DNA of 64,000 nt from Deltaproteobacteria bacterium (GTDB lineage: Bacteria; Myxococcota_A; UBA9160; SMWR01): the NCBI GenBank assembly GCA_032128375.1, contig JAQBGU010000034.1:17855-81854 (forward strand). The letters are read 5' to 3'. Position 1 is the stretch's first letter; each line of letters begins with the position of its first letter. Shown one piece after another: positions 55,915 through 64,000 of the stretch. Under the pieces are notes generated by a model. That model was not told where the DNA came from and ran no database searches. It saw only the letters and a list, made by a program, of their open reading frames with translations. The position numbers and the translations under genes are program-made.

Positions 55915-58499
55915 TGGGACCGACCTCATCGGCCCGGTTGTCGGTCAAGCTCGCCGTCCGCGAACTGCGCAACGATCCGCGGTTCGCGTTGTTCTTCGCG
56001 ATCAACCTCGCACTGGGGTTGTCGGGCTTTGTCGCGCTCGACGCGCTCGAGTCGTCGGTCGCCACTGAGCTGCAGGCTCGCTCGAAGACTTTCCTCGGCG
56101 CGGATATCTCGGTTTCGTCGAGCCGTCCGCTGACGGGGGACGAGCGCCGCGCATTGGACACTGCCGCGGGCGCGGAGTCGAGTTCGGACTGGGTCGAATT
56201 GTTCTCGATGGCGTCCGGTTCCACGGCCGGAACGAGAGCTGCAGCGGGGCCTTTAGGCACCGCTCGCGCACGCTTGGTCGAGATCCGCGCTATCGACTCG
56301 TCGTTTCCGTTGTACGGCCAGATCGTTCTCGCGGGCGTTGGGCCGGTGGGCCCAGCAGAACGCGCGAGGCTCGGAGCTGGAGGAGCCTGGGTCGATCCGC
56401 TGTTGCTCGCACAGCTTGGCGTCGAAGTCGGCGACGTGTTGAAGATCGGCACGGCGAAGTTCGAGATCCAACACCGAGTCGCCCGCGACACCGGCAGGAT
56501 GGGCGGTGATTTCGGGGTCGCTCCGCGGATTTACATCTCCTTGTCTCGGCTCGAGACGACTGGGCTCATCACGGCTGGAGGCCTGGCCAGTTACCGCCAC
56601 CTGGTTCGCTTCGCCGAAGATCGCGATTCCGAATCGATCGCACAGCGGATGAGCCAAGTCGTTTGGGACCCGACGATCCGGATCCGGTCGCATCAGTCCG
56701 CCACCCGGCAACTCGCACGGGGTTTCGCCGGAGTCAATGACTACCTCGGCTTGATATCATTGATCGCGCTATTTCTCGCGGCGCTCGGCTCCTCCCAGTT
56801 GTTTCGGGAGTTCTTGTCCCGACGGGTCCGCGATGTCGCGATCTTGCTGTGCCTGGGGGCGACCCGCATGCGCGCGCAGGGAGTCTTCATTGTGCAGATC
56901 TGGCTGCTCGCGATGGCAGCCGCGCTGATCGCGACTCTGATTGCGGCGATCGTGTTACCGCTGGTTGGGGAAGCGGCGGCAGCGTTTTCAGCGTCCGAGA
57001 TTTCGCCACGGGTGGGCGCTCACTCGTTGCTGCTGGCACTCGCGTTGGCGCTGGCCGGAAGCAGCGCAGCCTGCCTGCCGCTACTGGTTCGGATCCGCGG
57101 CTTGCGTCCCGCGGAACTCTTCATAGAGCACGCCCGGCCGAGCCTGGATACCGGCCGCGACCTGTTGCTGCTGGCACCCGCGCTGCTGTTGTTTTGGGGG
57201 GCTGCGATTTGGCGCGTCGATGACCTGCGGATCGGTAGCCTGTTCGCCGGGCTGTTCGCTGTGGCGCTGGCGCTATTCGCGCTGCTGGGGCGCGTGCTGT
57301 TGCGGGGCCTGGACGCTCTGCCGCGCCTGAAGCGAATCGCCGCGCGGTTGGCGCTTCGTCACCTTTCACAGGCCCGAGCCAGTGCGCTCGGCGGGTTCGT
57401 TTCAATCGCCTTGTGCGCGTTCCTGGTCAGCTTGGCGCCCCAACTCCAAGGGGCGATCCGACAAGATCTCGATCCACCCGACGCTGGTCGTCTACCCAGC
57501 CTGTTCCTGTTCGATATCCAACCCGAGCAACTCGATGACTTGGCGCTCCACGTAGCTGCCAGCGGTCTCGAACTTCGCAAACCCTCACCGCTGGTGCGGG
57601 CTCGACTCGAGACTGTGAATGGCCAGCCAGCCGCGCGCCGATCGACGGACCGAACCTACAACCTGACCTATCCCCTGACTGCCGCGGATGGTTTGGTCTC
57701 GGATGCTTCGGAGCGATTGATCGCTGGAACTCCGTTCCGGGCACTAGCGGAGGCGGGGGGCGAGTCCGAAGCAGAACCGGCACAGGTATCGCTGGAACAC
57801 AGCTTCGCCGCTCGGCTCGGAATCGGAATCGGCGACACACTGTCATTCGATGTACAGGGCGTCTCGATTTTCGGACGTATCAGCAGCCTGCGAGAGGTTC
57901 GTTGGAACAGCTTCCAACCCAACTTCTTCGTCTCCTTCGCTCGAGGCGTACTCGAGCAGGCGCCGCATAGCTTGCTGGCCTCGCTGCCACCACTTGCCGA
58001 AGCGGAGCGCGAGCGACTGCAGGCGTCGATCGTCGAGCAGTTCCCCAATATCTCTGTTATTGACGTCACGGCAGCGGTCCGGCGGATGCTGGAGCTGGTG
58101 GGGCGTCTTCAGTGGGCGCTTCAATCCACCGCGTCGGTCTCGTTGATCGTCGGCATGCTGTTGATCTACGCACTGGCGCGTGATCAGGCACGGGCTCGTC
58201 GCGCCGAGACCAATTTGCTCAAGGTGCTCGGTGCGGACTTCAAAACCGTTCGGTCGGCCGTGGATATCGAGTTCGGTCTACTGGGTGCGTTGGCGACTGC
58301 ACTGGGTGTCACAGCCAGTGTTGCAGCCAGCGCCATGCTGGCGAGCTGGGCGTTGGAGGCGAAGTGGTCGATCACATGGCTTCCGTTGCTTCTGGTTGGG
58401 ATCGCTGCGCCGATGCTCTGTGTGCTGACGGCTCGTCTCGCGACCCGCAAGGTTCTGCGTGAATCGCCACTGGCACTGCTTCAGTCAGCCGAAACCTAG
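55914..58499 (+). CDS. ybbP: ABC transporter permease (YbbP/FtsX-like)
   Basis: LGAD, FPLYG, YLGL, AILLCLGA, PSLFLFDIQP, SLREVRWNSFQPNFF, FPNISVID. Confidence 0.88.
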   Translation: MGPTSSARLSVKLAVRELRNDPRFALFFAINLALGLSGFVALDALESSVATELQARSKTFLGADISVSSSRPLTGDERRALDTAAGAESSSDWVELFSMASGSTAGTRAAAGPLGTARARLVEIRAIDSSFPLYGQIVLAGVGPVGPAERARLGAGGAWVDPLLLAQLGVEVGDVLKIGTAKFEIQHRVARDTGRMGGDFGVAPRIYISLSRLETTGLITAGGLASYRHLVRFAEDRDSESIAQRMSQVVWDPTIRIRSHQSATRQLARGFAGVNDYLGLISLIALFLAALGSSQLFREFLSRRVRDVAILLCLGATRMRAQGVFIVQIWLLAMAAALIATLIAAIVLPLVGEAAAAFSASEISPRVGAHSLLLALALALAGSSAACLPLLVRIRGLRPAELFIEHARPSLDTGRDLLLLAPALLLFWGAAIWRVDDLRIGSLFAGLFAVALALFALLGRVLLRGLDALPRLKRIAARLALRHLSQARASALGGFVSIALCAFLVSLAPQLQGAIRQDLDPPDAGRLPSLFLFDIQPEQLDDLALHVAASGLELRKPSPLVRARLETVNGQPAARRSTDRTYNLTYPLTAADGLVSDASERLIAGTPFRALAEAGGESEAEPAQVSLEHSFAARLGIGIGDTLSFDVQGVSIFGRISSLREVRWNSFQPNFFVSFARGVLEQAPHSLLASLPPLAEAERERLQASIVEQFPNISVIDVTAAVRRMLELVGRLQWALQSTASVSLIVGMLLIYALARDQARARRAETNLLKVLGADFKTVRSAVDIEFGLLGALATALGVTASVAASAMLASWALEAKWSITWLPLLLVGIAAPMLCVLTARLATRKVLRESPLALLQSAET

Positions 58500-58531
58500 A
58501 CCGAGCCCGGGCCTGAGCGCTGGCCCAGCGT

Positions 58532-58843
58532 TCAGCTACGCGCGAGTCTGCGGAACACGTCCTCGGGCGACACACCGCTCGGTTCACGACCAACGGGCTT
58601 GAAGCCTTTGACAGCCCGAGCGAGTTGCGCACAAATGGCTTCGGCGTTGTCGATGCCACGCGGGCGGAGTTCTGAAGGCATGACCTGTTCGAGCACGACT
58701 GCCATCTGGTCCGTTGACACTTCTCGGGGGTCGAAGCCGGAAGCTTTCAGCGCCAATCGGATCGTTCCCCGCGCTTCGAGTTTCTCGAGATGGGTCACTC
58801 GCTCGAGTTCTTCGGCCGCGAAGTCGAAGATCGTATCCGCCAT
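58532..58843 (-). CDS. Hypothetical protein (103 aa)
   Basis: GGGGGA SD-like element before ATG. Helical, globular-looking sequence (LEARGTIRLALK, SPEDVFRRLA). Confidence 0.7.
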   Translation of the reverse strand: MADTIFDFAAEELERVTHLEKLEARGTIRLALKASGFDPREVSTDQMAVVLEQVMPSELRPRGIDNAEAICAQLARAVKGFKPVGREPSGVSPEDVFRRLARS

Positions 58844-59317
58844 GGAGCTTCCCCCTAGCTGGGTTGGTGCGCTGCCGTTTCGGTTGCATGGGTCGTGGGG
58901 GCGAGGTATTCGGCGGAATCTCACAGCGCGCTTCGGCGCCGAGTCGCGAACGCTCGATCACGAGCTGCCGAGACACCCCGATTCCCTCTGGGGGTTTCTT
59001 CGGACGAGTGCCTATCCGACTCAACGATTTCCGTCGACTCGAAAGCGTGTTTTTTTCCGAGCATGCGACACAGCGGAAGATTTTCGAGGATATTCGGATT
59101 TTGCCATCCAGGCTGTGTGAGTGACCCAGTGGCTTCGACCGGGCCACCAGTCACCCTTCAGTCTCCGCTGTTCGTCAGTTGGAGTGCTCCCAGCAGAGAG
59201 CAGATTCTGATTCTTGGAAGCGAATCTGGGCCCTCCAGCCCGGCTGGACTCGGTTATCATGGCCGGCCCTGCCGCAGCTTCCCCAGCGGCGAACGCGCCG
59301 GGTGGAGGTTCAGGCTG

Positions 59318-60493
59318 TTGACTGCGCGGACTCGGCTCGCCGTTCCAGTCGCGATTGCGTTGGTGATCATCGCTGCTGGCGCTTGGTGGTTGTTTCGCGA
59401 TAGCGACGAAGCGCCGGGCTTCGTGACCGCGACATTCGCGCGAAGTCCTATCGAGGCGACGGTCATCGCGATCGGAACGCTGAATGCAGTGATCACCGTT
59501 CAGGTTGGGACCTACGTATCCGGCCGAGTGCGAGAAATTCACGTCGACTTCAACTCACCGGTGAAGCGCGGGCAGATCGTCGCCAAGATCGACCCCGCTC
59601 CGTTTGCCGTGAAGGTCGATCAGGCGGTAGCGATGCTCGCTACCGCGCACGCGCAATCCCAAAAGGCGATCGCGGACCGGGACTACCGCGCTTCGGAGCA
59701 CAAGCGCCAGCAGCGGCTGAGCGATCGCAACGTCCTGGCGCAAGGGGCGCTGGACGCGGCGAGCAATGCCTTCTCGTTGGCGGACGCGCAGGTCGCGCTC
59801 GAGCGCGCCGGGATCGCGCAGGCCGAAGCGGCGTTGGCCGAAGCCCGGATCAACCTCGCCTACACCGATATCGTTTCACCCGTCGATGGCGTCGTGCTCT
59901 CGCGCAATGTCGATGTGGGTCAAACCGTCGCCGCGAGTTTCCAAACGCCGACCTTGTTTCTGATCGCCGAAGACCTGGCCGCAATGCGCGTCAACTCGAA
60001 TATCAGTGAGTCCGATATTGGTCGGGTTCGCAACGATCAGCGCGTGCAATTTTCCGTCGACGCGTTCCCTGACCGCGTGTTCACGGGTGTCGTGAGCCAA
60101 CGCCGCGATGCACCGATCATCCAGAACAACGTCGTTACCTATGACGTCGTGATCGATGTCGCCAACGACGACTTCGCACTGAAGCCGGGGATGACAGCGA
60201 CGGTGAAGATCACCACCGACCAACGGGAAGAGGCGCTTGTGGTCCCGCTGCCCGCGCTGCGATTCCGTCCCAAAAAGGAACATCGCGTGTCGGAGCCCGC
60301 GCCGGGCCAGAGTCTCGACGCGGGGAACCGGGCCGTTGTCTGGGTCGTGCGTGGGGACGATTCGAAACTCGAACCCGTCAGTATCGAAACGGGCATTCGA
60401 AGCGACGAGTTTGCCGAGGTGTTGTCTGGCGAGGTCACGGCCGGGGATGTGGTGGTCAAGGCGTATGAGCGCGTAAGTGATGGGGAGCGCTAA
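59318..60493 (+). CDS. Efflux periplasmic adaptor (MacA-like)
   Basis: GGAGG SD before TTG. N-terminal TM, VQVGTYVSG, VDFNSPVKRGQ, IVSPVDGVV, VGQTVAASFQTPTLF, LKPGMTA. Confidence 0.9.
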   Translation: MTARTRLAVPVAIALVIIAAGAWWLFRDSDEAPGFVTATFARSPIEATVIAIGTLNAVITVQVGTYVSGRVREIHVDFNSPVKRGQIVAKIDPAPFAVKVDQAVAMLATAHAQSQKAIADRDYRASEHKRQQRLSDRNVLAQGALDAASNAFSLADAQVALERAGIAQAEAALAEARINLAYTDIVSPVDGVVLSRNVDVGQTVAASFQTPTLFLIAEDLAAMRVNSNISESDIGRVRNDQRVQFSVDAFPDRVFTGVVSQRRDAPIIQNNVVTYDVVIDVANDDFALKPGMTATVKITTDQREEALVVPLPALRFRPKKEHRVSEPAPGQSLDAGNRAVVWVVRGDDSKLEPVSIETGIRSDEFAEVLSGEVTAGDVVVKAYERVSDGER

Positions 60494-61202
60494 CGAGCCC
60501 GTGCGCGCGACTGAGGCCCGACCGCTGATCGAGGTGCGCGAGCTGTGGAAGGTGTTCTCGCTCGGCGACATCGAGGTCGAAGCGCTGCGCGGCGTATCCA
60601 CCGAGATCGGCTTCGGAGAGTTCGTCGCGATCATGGGCACTTCGGGTTCCGGGAAGTCGACGTTCATGAACCTGCTGGGCTGCCTCGACAGTCCAACCCG
60701 CGGAACCGTGCGCCTGGCCGGTAGGGACCTTTCCGCGCTGTCCTCTGACGAGCGCGCCGAGCTTCGCAACAGCGAAATCGGCTTCGTCTTTCAATCCTAC
60801 AACCTGATCCCGCGAATGAGCGCGCAAGAAAACGTCGAACTCCCGCTGACCTACGCAAATGTCAGCCTGGCCGAGCAGCGGGAGCGCGCCAGGCAGGCAC
60901 TTGCGGCCGTGGGCCTGGACAACCGCAGGGACCACCAGCCGAGCCAGCTTTCGGGCGGCCAACAGCAGCGCGTGGCGATCGCGCGCTCTTTGATCAATCG
61001 GCCCAGTCTGGTCTTGGCCGACGAGCCAACGGGCAACCTGGATTCGAAAACCGGCGACGAGATCATGCAGACCTTCGCACGGCTGAACCGCGAACAAGGT
61101 GTGGCGATCGTGCTCGTTACTCACGAAGAGAGCGTCGCGCGGGCCGCACACAGGATCCTCCGGTTTCGCGACGGCGAAATTTTCGGAGACGAAGACACAT
61201 GA
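60480..61202 (+). CDS. ABC exporter ATP-binding protein (MacB/LolD-like)
   Basis: [38 protein letters not shown]. Confidence 0.92.
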   Translation: MGSANEPVRATEARPLIEVRELWKVFSLGDIEVEALRGVSTEIGFGEFVAIMGTSGSGKSTFMNLLGCLDSPTRGTVRLAGRDLSALSSDERAELRNSEIGFVFQSYNLIPRMSAQENVELPLTYANVSLAEQRERARQALAAVGLDNRRDHQPSQLSGGQQQRVAIARSLINRPSLVLADEPTGNLDSKTGDEIMQTFARLNREQGVAIVLVTHEESVARAAHRILRFRDGEIFGDEDT

Positions 61203-62431
61203 AACTGCTGCGGCTCGCGTTCGTATCGGCGCTGCGCGCGTTGCGTCGCAATGTGCTGCGCGCCGGATTGACGGTGATCGGAATTTCGATCGGTGTGGCC
61301 GCGGTGATTACGATGGTGGGTATCGGTCAGGGGGCGGGACAAGCGCTTCAGGACTCCATCCGGGCGCTGGGCCGAAACCTGTTGGTGGTCGTGCCAGGTT
61401 CCCTCACGTCATCGGGCGTGCAATCGGGCTCGGGTGCCAACCACACGCTGACGACGCATGACGCTCGGGCGATCCTTCGCGACGTTCCGTCGGTGGTCGA
61501 TGTTACCTATCTGCGTCGCGGCGTCGCGCAAGTGGTCTACGGCAACCGAAACTGGTCGACTTTCGTGCAGGGGACCACGCCCGAATTCGAGCGCGTGATG
61601 AACTCCCCGGTCGATGAGGGCGCTTTTTTCACAGAGCGTGACCTGCGCACCGGCGCGCGTGCGGTCGTGTTGGGGCGAACGGTCGTTGACGAGTTGTTCG
61701 GGGTCGGAGCCGACGCGATCGGCGCAGTCGTGCGAATCGTCGGCGTACCCTTCGAGGTCGTCGGCGTGTTGCAGCCGAAGGGACAGACCGCCTGGGGACA
61801 GGACCGCGACGACCTGCTGGTGATCCCGTTCTCGACCGCCGAGCGGCGCGTGCTGGGAACCCAGTCGCCGGGCCGAGTCGATCAGGTGCTCGCGTCGGCG
61901 GCGTCGGATGGAGAAGTGATGCGGGCCGCAGACGAGATCAAGTCTCTGCTCCGCGAGCGGCACCGCATCCGTTTTGAACAAGAGGACGATTTCCAGGTGC
62001 GCACACTCGAGGCGCTGGTCAAGACCGCGCAGGCGACCACCGGCGTAATGACAGCGGTATTGATGAGCATCTCTTCGATCTCACTGTTGGTCGGTGGCAT
62101 TGGGATCATGAACATCTTGTTGGTCTCGGTCACGGAACGCACACGCGAGATCGGAGTTCGGATGGCCGTGGGTGCCAAGCGTCGACACATCATGATGCAA
62201 TTTTTGGTCGAGGCGATCGTACTCAGTACGATCGGCGGGTTGATCGGCATCGCGGCCGGCCTCACCGCGACCTACTTGATCGCGTTGTTCGTCGGCTGGC
62301 CCGTGATGACTCCGCTGTTCGCGGTGGTTGGCGCGGTGCTATTCTCGGCCTCGGTGGGTGTCTTCTTCGGTTTCTACCCCGCGCGCCGCGCGGCGTCGCT
62401 TGACCCGATTGCAGCGCTACGCTTCGAGTAG
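61199..62431 (+). CDS. ABC exporter permease (MacB-like)
   Basis: IGISIGVAAVI, SLLVGGIGIMNILLVSVTERTREIGVRMAVGA, FFGFYPARRAASLDPIAALRFE. Confidence 0.93.
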   Translation: MKLLRLAFVSALRALRRNVLRAGLTVIGISIGVAAVITMVGIGQGAGQALQDSIRALGRNLLVVVPGSLTSSGVQSGSGANHTLTTHDARAILRDVPSVVDVTYLRRGVAQVVYGNRNWSTFVQGTTPEFERVMNSPVDEGAFFTERDLRTGARAVVLGRTVVDELFGVGADAIGAVVRIVGVPFEVVGVLQPKGQTAWGQDRDDLLVIPFSTAERRVLGTQSPGRVDQVLASAASDGEVMRAADEIKSLLRERHRIRFEQEDDFQVRTLEALVKTAQATTGVMTAVLMSISSISLLVGGIGIMNILLVSVTERTREIGVRMAVGAKRRHIMMQFLVEAIVLSTIGGLIGIAAGLTATYLIALFVGWPVMTPLFAVVGAVLFSASVGVFFGFYPARRAASLDPIAALRFE

Positions 62432-62491
62432 TTTGAGTTCGGTAACGAAGGCACGGCCCCCGATGGCGGGCGCAGTGGAGGAGGGTGTTGC

Positions 62492-63283
62492 ATGCGAGTC
62501 TTGATTACCGGCTGCTCGACGGGCTTCGGTCGGTGTGCGTCGATCGAACTGACCAGGCGCGGCCACGATGTCGTCGCGACCGCTCGGCGTCCTGAGACCC
62601 TTGCCGATCTCGACGTCGCGCAGAAACTCAAGCTCGATGTCGACGATGATGCATCGGTTGCAGCCGCGGTCGCGGCCGCGGGTGAAGTCGACGCATTGGT
62701 GAACAATGCGGGCTGGGGTGCAGGCGGCCCGGTCGAAAAAGTCCCGATCGAAGTGGCCCAACGTATGTTCAACACCAATTTCTTCGGTGCCGCGCGAATG
62801 ATCCAGTCGCTGGTCAAAGGCATGCGCGAGCGTCGCCGCGGTGTGATTGTCAATATCAGCTCGGTCGCCGGCCGCGTGGCTCCCCCCTTGTCGGGTTTCT
62901 ACGCCGCGTCGAAATTCGCGCTCGAGGGACTTTCTGAGACACTCCACTACGAGCTCGGCCACTTCGGTATTCGTGTGGCGATCGTCGAGCCCGGCTACGT
63001 CCAGTCGTCGTTCCGCGACAATTCGTCCGAGTTCGGCATCGACACCGAGCCTTACGATGAACTTCACAGGATGTGGAGCGGTTCCGACGAAACGCTCGTT
63101 GGTGGTGAGAGACCCGGCCCAGAATTCGTCGGAGTCGCAATTGCCAACGCGGTCGAGGGAACCGACGCTGCGCTGCGATGGCCGGTCGGCCAAGACGCCG
63201 AAATGGTCACCAAAGCCCGCGCCAATATGGACGATGCGAGTTTCGAAGCCGCAATGAGATCGATGCTGAAACTGGACTGGTAG
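62492..63283 (+). CDS. Short-chain dehydrogenase/reductase
   Basis: TGCSTGFG, LVNNAG, NISS, YAASK. Confidence 0.92.
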   Translation: MRVLITGCSTGFGRCASIELTRRGHDVVATARRPETLADLDVAQKLKLDVDDDASVAAAVAAAGEVDALVNNAGWGAGGPVEKVPIEVAQRMFNTNFFGAARMIQSLVKGMRERRRGVIVNISSVAGRVAPPLSGFYAASKFALEGLSETLHYELGHFGIRVAIVEPGYVQSSFRDNSSEFGIDTEPYDELHRMWSGSDETLVGGERPGPEFVGVAIANAVEGTDAALRWPVGQDAEMVTKARANMDDASFEAAMRSMLKLDW

Positions 63284-63516
63284 GCGGCCGCGATCCCCAA
63301 GAGCACAAACGGTATCCCGCCCGAAATGCTGGTCGGCGACGGGGCGGAGCATGCAATCGCGAACGCTCCGGCCAGACAGGCCGGCCAGAGCCGTGTTCTA
63401 AATTCTTGATTCGGATCGGATTGCGCATGCGGGTCCCGCCTGATACAGCCGACGGGCGAGGGGCGACGCAGCCTTCGGGCGAGGAAGGCTTCAGAATCGA
63501 ACGCGCGCTGCTGATT

Positions 63517-64000
63517 CTATTCTGAAAGCTGGCGCAGCACGTATCGTGCGCCCTCGTCGGACGGCTCGAGCTCGAGCGCCCGCTCGAGGTGCTTGACCGC
63601 GTCCTCGCGCCTGCCGAGCCGACCCAGAGCAATACCGAGGCTGCGGTGTACTTGATGGAAATCGGGATCTCGCTCTTCGGCCTTGTAAAAGAAGTCCAGA
63701 GCGATCTCGCTTTGCTTCGCCTTCAGAGCTTCATCCCCCCGGTCGAGCCAGTAGAACGCCGAGGATCGGTAGGCCGCCTGACCGACTTGGAAGCGTTCCT
63801 CTACGTCATCGCCGTTCCACAGCGAACACACATTGCGTGCGCCGTCCGCGCACGCGAGTCGCAGCGCCTTGTCGAGGTCGACGAACATCCACGCGTTGTT
63901 GGCCGTGACCACGAGGCAAGCCGCCAGCAACATCGCGTGTCGAACCGAAAATTGGCTGTACGCATACAGGTGCGAAATCAAAACCAGCAGCGGCAAGGCC
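63517..64000 (-). CDS. Membrane protein with C-terminal TPRs (5' truncated by window edge)
   Basis: Hydrophobic segments followed by TPR (HRSLGIALGRLGRREDAVKHLERALELEP). Confidence 0.6.
   Translation of the reverse strand, partial: ALPLLVLISHLYAYSQFSVRHAMLLAACLVVTANNAWMFVDLDKALRLACADGARNVCSLWNGDDVEERFQVGQAAYRSSAFYWLDRGDEALKAKQSEIALDFFYKAEERDPDFHQVHRSLGIALGRLGRREDAVKHLERALELEPSDEGARYVLRQLSE

Overview
GC-rich bacterial chromosomal segment. Gene content and style suggest a Myxococcota/deltaproteobacterial-type lineage (inference). It holds about 50 mostly core or housekeeping genes: a FecR-domain gene, a signal-peptide TPR-CHAT protease, acetoacetate-CoA ligase, a dusB-ntrB-ntrC-thiE-nupC operon, moeA, a MoxR/DUF58/VWA (Bat) operon, rfaE2 plus an AsmA-like gene, ptsP, cyoE, leuS, an MMPL/RND transporter, frdABCD, hslO-TraB-nfuA-msrQP, two tandem GAF/PAS-LuxR regulators, gcvP, tesA-ybbA-ybbP, a MacAB-like ABC exporter and an SDR. 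I saw no rRNA, tRNA, CRISPR array or mobile element. The most striking unexplained structure is the intergenic region 49801-50371. It contains two paralogous non-coding units, each with a palindrome-like operator, a conserved -10-like box at identical spacing, a structured core with anti-Shine-Dalgarno (CUCCU) motifs and an intrinsic terminator. They lie directly upstream of the two paralogous LuxR-type regulators, making a candidate twin-sRNA/twin-regulator system. Other notable signals are: two genes (ptsP and a TraB-family gene) that appear to need non-canonical ATT/ATC start codons; pervasive 10-19 bp drifting tandem duplications, one of which forms a translationally coupled mini-ORF between frdC and frdD; an internally deleted family III CoA-transferase; and large insertions in the MMPL transporter. 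All family calls come from motif recognition by eye, not database searches.
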